Shown piece after piece: positions 11,432-22,414 of a DNA stretch of 64,000 nt (the stretch's first letter is position 1; the number at the start of each line of letters is the position of its first letter). The DNA lies in assembly GCA_963716745.1 (NCBI GenBank), contig OY970320.1:1152001-1216000 (forward strand). Reading direction: 5' to 3'. The stretch comes from an uncultured Gemmatimonadaceae bacterium. Its GTDB lineage: Bacteria; Gemmatimonadota; Gemmatimonadetes; Gemmatimonadales; Gemmatimonadaceae. The notes under the pieces are model-generated. The model was not told the DNA's origin, ran no database searches, and saw only the letters and a program-made list of their open reading frames with translations. A program made the position numbers and the translations under genes.

Positions 11432-12591
11432 ATGCCCACCTCTGAATCCCGACCCGGCCTCTCGACGCTCGCCTTGCACGGCGCGCGCGAGTCGCGCGAC
11501 GCCGACACGCCGATCGTCTCGCCGCTCTATCAGTCGGTCAACTTCATCCAGGAAGTCGGCACCGGCGACGGGCTGCGCTATCCGCGCTACGGCAACAATC
11601 CGACGGCCGAACTCGTGCAGCGCCGCCTCGCGCTGCTCGAAGGCGCGGAGGCCGGCCTCGTACTCGGCAGCGGCCAGGGCGCCACCGCGTGCGCGCTGCT
11701 CGCCCTGCTCCGCCCCGGCGATCACCTGCTGGCGAGCAAGTGGATCTACGGCGGCACGCACAAGCTGCTCACGCGCGAGTTCGAGGCGATGGGCATCAGC
11801 GTCACACTCGTCGATCCGCTCGAGTCGCGCGGCTGGCGCAAGAAGCTCCGCAAGCACACGCGCGCGGTGTTCGTCGAGACGCCGGTGAACCCGAGCTGCC
11901 GCGTGCTCGACCTGCGGCCGATCAGCTACCTCACGCAGGAGACTGGCCTCACGCTCGTCGTGGACTCCACCTTCGCGTCGCCGATCAACATCCGTCCGCT
12001 CGAGCACGGCGCCGACGTCGTCATCCACTCGGCCACGAAGTATCTCAACGGCCATCACGACATCCTCGGCGGCGCGGTGATGGGCACCAGCGACTACATT
12101 GAGGAAGTGCGGCAGAAGATGATCCTCTGGGGCCAGGCGCCCGACCCGTTCGCGTGCTGGCTGCTCGAGCGCGGACTCAAGACGCTCGAGGTGCGCGTGC
12201 AGCGGCAGAACGAGAACGCGATGAAGGTCGCGCAGTGGTGCGCCGGCCAGAAGGCGTTCACGGCGGTGCATTACCCCGGGCTCGAATCGCATCCCGATCA
12301 TGCGATCGCGCGCGAGCAGATGCGATGGCTTCGGCGGCATGCTCGCCGTGGAAGTGAAAGGCGGCGGGGCGGCGGCGGAGCACATTCCTGCGCCGCCTGC
12401 AGATCTTCGCGCACGCGACGAGCCTGGGCGGCGTGGACTCGCTCGTGTGCGAGCCGCGCTTCACGTCGCACGCGCACATGACGCCCGCCGAGCGCGCGGC
12501 CATCGGCATCCCCGACGGCTTCGTGCGCATCTCCGTGGGCATCGAGAACGCCGCCGATCTCATCGCCGATCTCAAGCAGGCGATCCGCTGA
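11432..12591 (+). CDS. PLP-dependent Cys/Met metabolism enzyme (cystathionine gamma-synthase/lyase family), frameshifts near 12325 and 12385
   Basis: YPRYGNNPT, ETPVNP, VDSTFASP, HSATKYLNGHHD, SLGGVDSL, RISVGIE. Confidence 0.9.
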
Positions 12592-13294
12592 TGATCCGCT
12601 TCACGCGCGTCACGAAGGAGTATCCGCGCACCGGCGTCGCGCTCAACGACGTCACCTTCCGCGTGAACAAGGGCGAGTTCGCGTTCCTCACCGGGCCGAG
12701 CGGCGCCGGGAAGTCCACGATCCTGCGGCTCATCCTCATGGAGGAGCATCCCACCTCGGGCGAAGTGCGCGTGAGCGGCACCGCGGCGAGCGAGATCCGC
12801 CAGCGCGACGTGCCGCTGCTCCGCCGCAAGCTCGGCGTGGTGTTCCAGGATTTCCGGCTGCTCGAGGACCGCACCGCCGAAGAGAACGTCGCCTTCGCGC
12901 TCGAGGTCACGGGTGCCTCGCGCGACGGGCTCGCCGCGCGCGTGAGCCGCCTGCTCACGCAGGTGGGGCTCGCGAGCAAGGGCACGAGCTATCCGCAAGC
13001 GAACTCTCCGGCGGCGAACAGCAGCGCGTCGCGATCGCGCGCGCGCTCGTGCACGATCCGATGCTGCTCATCGCCGACGAGCCCACCGGCAACCTGGACG
13101 AGCGCGCGACGCGCGGCGTCTTCCAATTGCTGCGCGACATCAACGCGGCCGGCACGGCGATCATCATGGCCACGCACAATCTCGACCTCGTGCGCCGCTC
13201 GAACTACCGCGTGATCGAACTGAATCGCGGACAGCTCGTGTACGATTCGGCGGCGCAGCCCGTGCCCGCGGCACCGATGGACGGAGACGCCTAA
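12591..13294 (+). CDS. ftsE: Cell division ATP-binding protein FtsE, frameshift near 12995
   Basis: GPSGAGKST, GVVFQDFRLL, LSGGEQQRVAIARA, ADEPTGNLD; followed by ftsX. Confidence 0.92.
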
Positions 13295-14144
13295 TGCGCC
13301 TCACGCTCCGCGAAGTCGCGCTCGGTCTCCGGCGCTCGCCGCTGCTCAGCACCCTGAGCATCGTCACGATCGCGTTCAGCATGTTCGCCGTGGGGCTGTT
13401 CGGCCTCGTGGCGCTCAACGTGAGCCGCGCGCTGCGCGGCCTCGAAGAGCATGTCGAGATCCGCGCCTTCATCGCCGAGGGCACCTCGCTCGAGGCGATC
13501 ACCACCGCGCTCGGCGACCTCAATGCGTTCCCCGAAGTGCAGCACGTGGAATACGTGACGCCCGAGATGGCGCTCGCCCGCGCGCGGAAGGAGCTCAGCG
13601 AGTTCAGCGACGTGTTCGACGCGAATGTGCTGCCGGGCTCGCTCGACATCCGCCTCAAGGAAGGCTATCGCGATCCCACCAACGTGGCCGCCGTCGCGTC
13701 GCGCGTGCTCAACTATCCGTTCGTGGATGACGTGCGCTACGGCGAGGAATGGGTGAAGAAGCTCTATCGACATCCGCCGCCTCGCCGTGGCGGCGGGCAT
13801 CGTGCTCGGGCATCGCCTTCGCCGCCGTGGCCGTGATCATCATCGGCACCACGATCCGCATGGCCGTGCTGGCGCGCGCGCGCGAGATCTCGATCATGCG
13901 CCTCGTGGGCGCGACGAACGGTTTCGTGCGGCGCCCATTCCTCATCGACGGCTTCCTGAAGGGCGTCGCCGGCGGCGCGCTCGCGCTCGTGCTCACCTGG
14001 GCCGCGAGCCAGCTCATCAGCGACCGGTTCATCACGACCGTATTCTTCGACCGCGACATCGCGCTGCTCGGCATCCTTGGCGGAGGACTCATCGGCCTGC
14101 TCGGCAGCGCCATGTCCGTCGGGCGCCACCTGCGCGACGTGTGA
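13294..14144 (+). CDS. ftsX: Cell division permease FtsX, frameshift near 13770
   Basis: IGTTIRMAVLARAREISIMRLVGATNGFVRRPFL. Confidence 0.9.
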
Positions 14145-15346
14145 GCGCGAGACACGCACTTGCCGCGGCGCTCGCGGCGCTCGCGCTCCTCGCGGGCGCG
14201 CCGCGCGCAATGGCGCAGCAGCCCACCCTGCAGCAGGCGGAGCAGCGGCTGCGCGATGAGCGCGCCCGCCTCGACCAGCTGCGCAACGAGCGCCAGGAAC
14301 TCGAGCGCCGCCGCACGGCGCTCCAGGGCACCGTGCACGATCTCTCGGAAGAGCTCGAGAACGTGAACCGGCAGGTGGAGATGACCGCGCGCGTCGTGCA
14401 GACGCTCGACAGCCAGCTCGCGGCCATCAACGCCGATGTCACCGTCACCACCGCCGACCTCGTGCGCGCGCAGGACGAGCTCGAGGTGAAGAAGGTGGTG
14501 CTCCAGCACCGGCTCGTGGACATCTACAAGCGCGGCGGACTCTACTCGAGCGAAGTGTTGCTGAGCGCGAACAGCTTCGCGGACCTCGTGGCGCGCTACA
14601 AGTATCTGCATCTCGCGGCGCTGCGCGACCAGGCGCTCGTGAAGCGCGTGGACGACCTGCGCAAGCAGATCGACCACCAGCGCGAGAACCTCGTGCACTT
14701 CCAGGACGAGATCGAGATCAATCTCGCCGAGAAGGGCGAAGAGGAGCGCCGCCTGCGCAGCCTGCAGGAGGAGCAGGCGAACAGCCTCGCCAGTGCGAAG
14801 CAGAAGACGCGCGAGACCGAGAAGCGACTCGCGTCGCTCTCCGAGGATGAGCAGAAGCTCACCGACATGATCGGTACGCTCGAGACCGCGCGGGCGAAGG
14901 CCGAGCGCGACTCGCGCGCGCCGAAGGCGGCGCCGACGCTCAAGAAGGGCGGCACCGGTACATTCGATTGGCCGGTGAAGGGGAATCTGCTCTACAGCTT
15001 CGGACGCGTCGTGAATCCCAACAACACCACGGTGCGATGGAACGGCATCGGCATCGCGGCGCCGGAAGGCACCGAGGTGCGCGCGGTCGCATCGGGCAAG
15101 GTGGTCGTCGCCGAAGCGCTCAGTACGTACGGCCTCACGGTGATCGTGCAGCACGCCGGCGGCGATTACTCCGTGTACGGTTCGCTCAGCCGCCTGAACG
15201 TGAAGAAGGGCGACATCGTGAATCGCGCACAGGTGATCGGCTACGCAGGCGTTTCGGATCCCGAACTCCCCGCGCATCTGCACTTCGAGTTGCGCCCCGC
15301 GGGGCACGCGGTGGATCCGCTGGATTACCTCAAGCCGCTCCCGTGA
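14141..15346 (+). CDS. Murein hydrolase activator EnvC-like (coiled coil + M23)
   Basis: Signal peptide, long coiled coil, WPVKG, WNGIGIAAPEG, LHFELR; follows ftsEX. Confidence 0.88.
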   Translation: MSARHALAAALAALALLAGAPRAMAQQPTLQQAEQRLRDERARLDQLRNERQELERRRTALQGTVHDLSEELENVNRQVEMTARVVQTLDSQLAAINADVTVTTADLVRAQDELEVKKVVLQHRLVDIYKRGGLYSSEVLLSANSFADLVARYKYLHLAALRDQALVKRVDDLRKQIDHQRENLVHFQDEIEINLAEKGEEERRLRSLQEEQANSLASAKQKTRETEKRLASLSEDEQKLTDMIGTLETARAKAERDSRAPKAAPTLKKGGTGTFDWPVKGNLLYSFGRVVNPNNTTVRWNGIGIAAPEGTEVRAVASGKVVVAEALSTYGLTVIVQHAGGDYSVYGSLSRLNVKKGDIVNRAQVIGYAGVSDPELPAHLHFELRPAGHAVDPLDYLKPLP

Positions 15347-16226
15347 GCGAAGCGCCGCTCGGCGCGCATTGCAGCACCGCGGGCGGCGGCACGACCACCG
15401 CGCCGCCCCGCGCCAAACTCATCAAGGCCACCGCGCTGCAGCTGTTCACGAAGGCCGCGAGTCGCTGGCAGGAGCGCGAGTGCGACGCCGCCGAGATCAC
15501 GGAGTTCAAAGCGCAGCTCGCGCTCACCGATGTGCGCGTCACCATGGCGCACGATTCGTATCTCATCAATCTCGCGAGCCCCGACAAGACGCTTCGGCGC
15601 CGAGCACCGAGAGCTTCGTTGCGGAATTGCGGCGGTGCGAACAACTCGGCCTCACCTATCTCGTGAGTCACCCGGGCAATTTCATGGACGATCGCGCGAG
15701 CGGGCTCGCGCGCAACGCCGACGCGATCGCGGAGGCGCTCGAACGCGCGCCGGGCCGCACGGTGCTCTGCCTGGAGACGACCGCCGGCAGCGGCACCGCG
15801 CTCGGCGCCACCTTCGAGGAGCTGGCCGCGATCATCGCGCGGCTCCCCAAGGCTCAGCAGAAACGCGTTGGTGTGTGCGTCGACAGCTGTCACGTCTACT
15901 CGGCGGGCTACGATCTCGTGAAGGATTACGACGGCGTGTGGGCGCGCTTCGACGACGTGCTCGGACTTTCGCGCCTGCGCACCATGCACCTGAACGACTC
16001 CAAGACCCCGTTCGCCAGCCGCCGCGACCGTCACGAGCTGATCGGCGAGGGGTCGCTGGGGAAGAGGCCATTCCAACGGATCATGACTGATCCGCGTTTA
16101 GCGGGTGTCGCGAAGGTGATCGAGACGCCGAAGGGCGATGATCACGCGAAAGCCGACGGGAAGATGCTGAGGAGGCTTCGGGGGTATGCGCGCGGGCGCA
16201 GCTTCGAGTCGGTAGAGCAGACCTAG
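15343..16226 (+). CDS. nfo: Endonuclease IV, frameshift near 15600
   Basis: LGAHCSTAGG, HDSYLINLAS, HPG, LETTAGSG, DSCH, HLNDSK, DRHELIGEG, IETP. Confidence 0.93.
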
Positions 16227-16302
16227 ACGCTAGACCTAGACGTTAGACTACTCCCGCAGCCGCAGTTTTATGCTAACGTCTAGGTCTAGCGTCTAGGTCT
16301 GC
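16217..16302. repeat. CTAGAC-type palindrome (perfect 30-bp arms)
   Basis: gcagacctagacgctagacctagacgttag 16217-16246 / reverse complement 16273-16302. Confidence 0.95.
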
Positions 16303-16306
16303 AGTT

Positions 16307-16334
16307 TTGACACGGGCTCTCCCAGCGCTACCTT
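16307..16334 (+). promoter_or_regulatory. Sigma70-type promoter, probably leaderless start
   Basis: TTGACA (16307-16312), 16 nt, TACCTT (16329-16334), 6 nt, ATG at 16341. Confidence 0.65.
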
Positions 16335-16340
16335 GAAAAC

Positions 16341-16694
16341 ATGCCTCGCGTGAGACCCCGACGCCTAAGAGTACTCTCAGCCGTACTGATCGCCGCGACC
16401 CAGTTCGCGGTCGTCGGGTTCGGGCCGCTCGTCGATGGCATCCAGGGTGCGAGTGCGCCGGCGCACGTCGAAGAGTTCGGCATCCATCTCCACTATTCGC
16501 ACGATCCCGACAATTGCGCCGCGTGTGCCGCGTCGCACATGGTCGGCGACTCGCCCCGCGTGCCGACGCCCGCGCTCCTGCTGGCGCCGCAGCGCGATGG
16601 GATCGCGATCGCGCTCGTCGTTCCCGCCGTACATCGCGCCGGCACTCCCAAGTCTCCGCGCGCGCCTCCCCGCTCCGCCGCCGCCGCTCGCTGA
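16341..16694 (+). CDS. DUF2946/CruR-like leader protein 1 (CxxC + RAPP)
   Basis: Basic then hydrophobic N-terminus, HVEEFGIHLHYSHDPDNCAAC, SPRAPP near C-term; directly upstream of a TonB-dependent receptor. Confidence 0.8.
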   Translation: MPRVRPRRLRVLSAVLIAATQFAVVGFGPLVDGIQGASAPAHVEEFGIHLHYSHDPDNCAACAASHMVGDSPRVPTPALLLAPQRDGIAIALVVPAVHRAGTPKSPRAPPRSAAAAR

Positions 16695-16839
16695 ATCCAG
16701 CTGAGCGCCACTGACAATTGATCGCGCGCTCGCTGTGGCCCTTTTGGGGCTCCGCTCGGCGCATCCCAATCTCGGTCTTTCGGCGGAGCCGCATTCGCGT
16801 GCGCCTCCGGGGGACTCGCACATATGCCCGGAGCGATCC

Positions 16840-19202
16840 ATGTCCAGCAGAACACTCGAACGCGTCCGTCAGCTCGCCGGCCTCGCCGCGTGCCTGGCGT
16901 TCGCACTCTTCGTCCCCTCGACCGCGCATGCCGCCGTCGATCCCGATAACTCCGATGTGAGCGGCACCGTCACCGATTCCGCCACCGGCCAATCGCTGCA
17001 AGGCGCGCAGATCAGCATCCTCGACGGCCAGCAGCAGGTCGTGTCCCGCGTGCTCGCCGACGCATTCGGACGGTTCGTGATCCACAACGTGAAGCCCGGG
17101 CAGTATCTCCGTCCTGGTGCGCTTGATCGGCTTTCGCCCGGAGGACCGCCCGATCGAGTTGAAGGACGGAAGGAACGTCTCGCTCTCGTTTAAGCTGGCC
17201 GCAGTCGCCGTCACGTTGCAGTCGATCTCCGTGGCGACTGCCGTGCCGATCACCATCGACACGCGCAGCGGCGTGCAGGTCTTCCAGCAGGATGAGTACC
17301 ACGGCTCGCCCACGAACACGACGTCGCAGATCCTGCAGCAAGCGATCACCGGCGCGGCACGCGCGCCCACGGGAGAGGTGCATATCCGCGGGCAACACGC
17401 GGAATACACCTACTACCTCGACGGCATTCCCGTGTACCCCGGGATCTCCGGCAGCCTCAATGAACTGTTCGATCCGTCCATCGTCGATCGCATCTCGTTC
17501 ATCACCGGCGGCTGGGACGCAGAATACGGCAATCGCAACACCGCGATCGTGAACGTCGCCACGCGCGTTCCTGTCGGCGCATTCCACATGGGCGCGTCCG
17601 CCTATGGCGGGATCGTACAACAGCAATGGTCAGACGTTCGACCTGAGCAGCAGCAATGGCACATGGGGATTCTTCGGCGCCGCGACGCGGCAGGTCACGG
17701 ACATGCGGCAGTATCCCGTGGCGTTCGACACGAGCCAGCTTCAAACCATTCAACTACAGCAATCACGGCGAAGATCTCTTCGGCTTCGGCAAGATCGAAT
17801 ACTCGCCCGGCGACGCGGGATCAGCTGTACCTCGAGGGGAACGCGTCCACCACCACCTTTCAGATCCCGTTCGACTCATCCACCGGCATCATCGACGACC
17901 ATCAGAACGACAAGAACAGTTTCCTGAACTTCGGGTGGCACCACCTCACCGGCTCGCCGCAAGCGGGACCGGATCGAACCCGGCGGCGAAATGTTCACCG
18001 GACTCTTCTACCGGAAGGGGTCGCTCCTCTACACACCGGGCGAGAACGACGATCCTTCATTCATGTTCTTCCCCGATACGACGCCGTACAACCTTCACGA
18101 GGATCGCAATTTCCAGAGCTACGGCCTCACGGCGAGCTATGCCTGGCGCACCGGTCACATGTTCTCGTTCAAGGTCGGTGCGCTCGTCTCGCAGACGACC
18201 GGCCACGAATCGTTCACCTCGGTGGATTCTCTCGGGAACGCCGGGCCGGCGTCGAATGCCGATCTCAACGGCAGCGATGTGGATGGCTACGCGCAGACGG
18301 TGATCGCGCCGTCGGAGTGGCTCGATTTTCACCTCGGCGTTGCGATACGACAACCACGCGGCGCCATTCGCCGGCCACCAATCCCAGTGGAGCCCGCGCG
18401 TGCGCGTCAATTTCTATCCCAGCGCGGGCAGCACGATCTATCTCTACTACGGCCGGCTCTTCATGCCGACCAACGTGGAGGACCTGCGAACCATCACGAG
18501 CGTCGCCGACTCGGGCGTCGTCACCGCGCCAACGCTGCCCGAGCGCAATGATTTCTACGAGATCGGCTACGTGCAACGCGTCGCGATTCGGCGTGCTCAA
18601 GTTCTCCGGCTACCACAAGCAGAGCACTCCCGGGATCGACGACCAGACCGTGCCCGGCTCCGCGATCGTCACATCGGTGAATCTCGCGTCGGTGCACATC
18701 ACGGGCCTCGAAGCTACGTTCGAGGTCCGGCCCGCCGGACCGTGGTCAGGGCTACGTGAACTTCTCGATCAATCATGCATACGGTCGCGGCCCGATCACC
18801 GGGGGCTTCTTCCCGGTGGACTCCACCGGCGTGCCGGGCAACTGGTTCGATCTCGACCACGACCAGCGGATCTCGTCCGTAGCTTCGGTCGTGTATTCGG
18901 GAAAGCGCTGGTTCGCCAGCGCATCGGGAACGTACGGCACCGGGCTCACGAACGGCGCCGAGATCACGCAGCCGATCGGCACCGGGTTCTTCGATTTCAA
19001 CCGCGACATCCACGTCGCGCCGAACTTCATCACGACGCTGAGCGCCGGTTATACCTGGCTCTTCGGCAAGACCGTACTGCGCCCGGTGCTCTACATCGAC
19101 AACGTCTTCAACTCGCAATATCTCCTCAAGGGGCAATTCTTCAGCGGCGCTTCGGCAGGACGGCCGCGCACCGTGCAACTGCAGGTGTCGGTGAATCTGT
19201 AA
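16840..19202 (+). CDS. TonB-dependent receptor with N-terminal carboxypeptidase-regulatory-like domain, multiple frameshifts
   Basis: Signal peptide, VSGTVTDSATG, plug HIRGQHAEYTYYLDG..ITGGWDAEYG, SPRVRV, DHDQR, DNVFN, GRPRTVQLQVSVNL. Confidence 0.88.
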
Positions 19203-19228
19203 CGAACGGGCCGGCTGGCGCGTTTTAC

Positions 19229-19311
19229 CTACAGACTGAGACGTTAGACTTAGACGTTAGAAGGCTACGACTCCCGCATTCTAAGTCTCAGTCTAAAGTC
19301 TCAGTCTGTAG
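19229..19311. repeat. Variant TAGAC/GAGAC palindrome
   Basis: ctacagactgagacgttagacttagacgttagaa ... ttctaagtctcagtctaaagtctcagtctgtag. Confidence 0.85.
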
Positions 19312-19315
19312 TGTT

Positions 19316-19344
19316 TTGCCAACCCGGAACCAGCCAGGTAGCTT
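19316..19344 (+). promoter_or_regulatory. Sigma70-type promoter, probably leaderless start
   Basis: TTGCCA (19316-19321), 17 nt, TAGCTT (19339-19344), 6 nt, ATG at 19351. Confidence 0.65.
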
Positions 19345-19350
19345 GATAGT

Positions 19351-19720
19351 ATGAAGCCCATGAATCCGCCGCCGCCGATCCCGACTCCGCGTCCTCGCCG
19401 CCGCCCTCGTGGCGGCGTCGCAGTTCGCGGTGTCGGCGTTCGCGCCGATGGCGGATTCCGGGGCCGGCAACAGCGCGCCGTCGCACGTCGAGGCGTTCGG
19501 CGTGAGCCTGCATTTCGCGCACAATCCCGACGATTGCGCGGCGTGCCTGGCGCAGTCGATCATCGGCATCACGTCGCACGGGTCGGCGACGATCGTCGCC
19601 CAGGACGCCGCGACATCCGAGTTCGACGCGGCCGCGCCTGCGGCCGCCACGCGCATCGCCTGGAGTCCCGGCGCTCCGCGCGCACCTCCCGCCCCGCTCC
19701 GCGCGCGCCTCAGCAGCTGA
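19351..19720 (+). CDS. DUF2946/CruR-like leader protein 2 (CxxC + RAPP), probable 1-nt insertion near 19363
   Basis: RRRRSRLRVLAAALVAASQFAV..APSHVEAFGVSLHFAHNPDDCAAC..APRAPP; paralog of 16341..16694. Confidence 0.78.
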
Positions 19721-19824
19721 TCTGAGCGCGCCCGCCGGCCATCGTGCCGGCGCCAAGCCGACCGCACGCCGCACCGCCGCCGCGATAGTCGCGGCCGCAC
19801 GGCGCGCGCCGACATCACGGAGAC

Positions 19825-21244
19825 ATGCGCATTCCATCGATCACTCGCCGCGGCTTGGGGCCTCATCGCCCTTCCGCTCGCGGCTCAGCAGTCCGACTCC
19901 ATCGCCCGCGCCTTGCACGTCGCGGACTCGATCGCGCGTTGGCGCGCCGATTCCGCGAACGTCGCCAAGGAGCGTCAGCGCATCATGCACGAGCCGCGCG
20001 CGCACCCGCCGGCTCCGCTGCCGCCACCGCCGATCCGCCTCACGAAACAGCAGGCGATCGACAGCGCGCTCGCGCACAATCCCACGATCGTGATCGCGCG
20101 CGAACAGGTCGCGCAGGCGAACGCGCGCGTCACGCAGGCCACCGCCTTCCCCGACCCCACGCTCGGCTTCACGGTGCAAGGCGTCGGGCGCGCGATCAAT
20201 CCGCACCCCGCATTCGAGACCGACATCATCGCCGGCTTCACGATCCCCTTCCCGCAGAAGTTCTGGCTCCACGGGCAGGCGGCCGACGGTGACGTCGGGA
20301 ATCTCGAGGCGGCCTACCGCACGCAGCGCGCAGGTGATCGCCACGGAAACGGCGCAGGCCTACGACTCGCTGCTCGTCTCGCTGAAGCACCGCGACGATC
20401 TGCTGCTCGCGCGCGCACTCTCGCAGGATTTCCTCAAGAAGACGCAGGCCCGCTTCAACGCGGGCACCACCGCGCGACTCGACGTCGTGAAGGCGCAGGT
20501 CGGCGTCGCGCAGAGTGGAGAACGATCTCATCGCGAACGAGCGCGGCGTCGCGCAACGCGCGCGCCGCGCTCAACCGGCTGCATCGGCCGCATCCTCGGC
20601 GCGGGCATCGACGCGGTGGACACGCTCGCGATCGTGCCCGTTCCCGAGGACTACGACCGGCTCCAGCAGGTCGCGATGGAGCATCGCCCCGAGCTCGCCG
20701 GCATCGAGCGCCAGATCGCGGCGGCGCACTCCGCCGAGAAGCTCGCGCAGCAGTACTACTTTCCCGACCTCAACGTGAGCTTCCAGCACAACGATCCGTA
20801 CGGCGTGCCCGGGCCTGCCCGTCATGAGTTGGACCAGCGGCGTCGGCATCAGCGTCCCGCTGCTCTTCTGGCAGCACCAGAACGGCGAGGTCGCCGAGGC
20901 GAAGCATCTCGAGCTCGAGCTCGCCGCCACGCAGCGCGACGTGTTCGCGCAGGTGGAGCAGGACCTCCGCAACGCGTACTCCACCGCCACCACGAGCTAC
21001 CGGCAGGCGGTGTTCATTCGCGATGAGCTGCTGCCGTCCGCGCAGGAGCAATACGACATCGCATTCAAGACGTACAGTCTGGGCGGCGCGAGCTGCGCTC
21101 GAAGTGATCGACTCGCAGAACGCCTTGCTCGACGCGAAGAACCAGTTCGCTACCGCGCTCGGCGCGCTGAATGATGCCGTCGCCGACCTGCAGCGCGCCG
21201 TCGGTGCGCCGCTCGACACCATGCCTTCGGACACCCGCCAATGA
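19825..21244 (+). CDS. TolC/CzcC-family outer membrane efflux protein, multiple frameshifts
   Basis: QAIDSALAHNP, RFNAGTTARLDVVKAQV, EHRPEL, GISVPLLFWQHQNGEV, LEVIDSQ. Confidence 0.85.
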
Positions 21245-22414
21245 GTGATCACATCATGCGGCACGCCGCGCGCGTCATCCTCCTCGCGGCCATCGCCGGC
21301 GCGGCCGCCTGCTCGGCGAAGAACGAGCGCGGCGAACGGCGCCGGCCGACAGCAGCCGCGCCGGACGCAGCGCGCCGCTGACGCTCTCGCCCGACCAGCG
21401 CGAGCACCTGACGCATGGTCCCCGTGACCATGGAGAGCTATCGTCCCACGATCGCAGACCACGGGCACCGTGGCATTCGACGGCGAACATCTCCACGCAG
21501 GTGCTCGCGCCGATCTCCGGACCGGTGCTGCGGCTGCTCGTGGAGGTCGGCGCGTCAGGTGAACCGCGGCGATCCGCTCGCGCTGCTCTCGTCGCCCGAC
21601 TTCGCCGCGGCGGTGTCCGCGTACCGCAAGGCGCAGGCGGCGGCGCTGCAGACGAAGCGCGTCGCCGATCTCAACGCCGAGCTCTTCAAGGCCGATGGGA
21701 TCGCGAAGCGCGACCTCGAGCAGAGTCGAGGAGGACGCCGAAGCCGCCGCAGTCGGACCGCGACGCCGCGCTCCAGCAGCTGCGCGCGCTCGGCGTGGAC
21801 TCGGTCACGATCGCCGCGCTGCAGGATCCGAAGAAGAGCGTGCCGGTACAGGCGTACATTCGCGCGCCGATCGCCGGCACCGTGGTGGAGAAGCTGATCA
21901 CGCCGGGCCAACTGCTGCAGGCGGGCACGACGCCGTGCTTCACCGTGGCCGATCTGTCGCGCATGTGGGTGCTCGCGAACGTATTCGAGTCGGACCTCGC
22001 GTTCGTCTCGCCGGGGGACAAGGCGCAGATCACCGGCGCGGCGCTGCCGCATCCGCTCACGGGCGTCGCGATCTACGTCGCGGCGCTGGTGGATCCCTCG
22101 ACGCGCGCCACCAGCGTGCGCATCGAGGTGCCCAACACGGGGCGCGTGCTGCGGAAGGACATGTACGTCGAAGCGGCGATCCAGTCGTCGCGCACGATCA
22201 AGGGGATGCTCATTCCCGTCTCGGCGGTGCTGCGCGATGACAACAACCTGCCCTTCGTGTTCGTGGAGAGCGACCGAAGGGCACGTTCTCCCGCCGCGTG
22301 GTCACGCTGGGCAACAGGCTCGGCGACCGCTACGAGGTGAAAGACGGCCTCAAGGAAGGCGAACAGGTGACGGCGGAGGGCGGGCTCTTCCTCGAGTTCG
22401 CGCAGGGCCAGTGA
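21241..22414 (+). CDS. RND efflux periplasmic adaptor (CzcB/CusB-like), multiple frameshifts
   Basis: Lipoprotein-like GAAAC, APISG, RAPIAGTVVE, VADLSRMWVLANVFESDL, VDPSTR, IPVSAV. Confidence 0.87.

Noticed and set aside
7400..15620. Programmed frameshifting in ROK, ftsE, ftsX, nfo and others
   Set aside because: No slippery heptamers evident; too many unrelated genes affected; sequencing error is simpler
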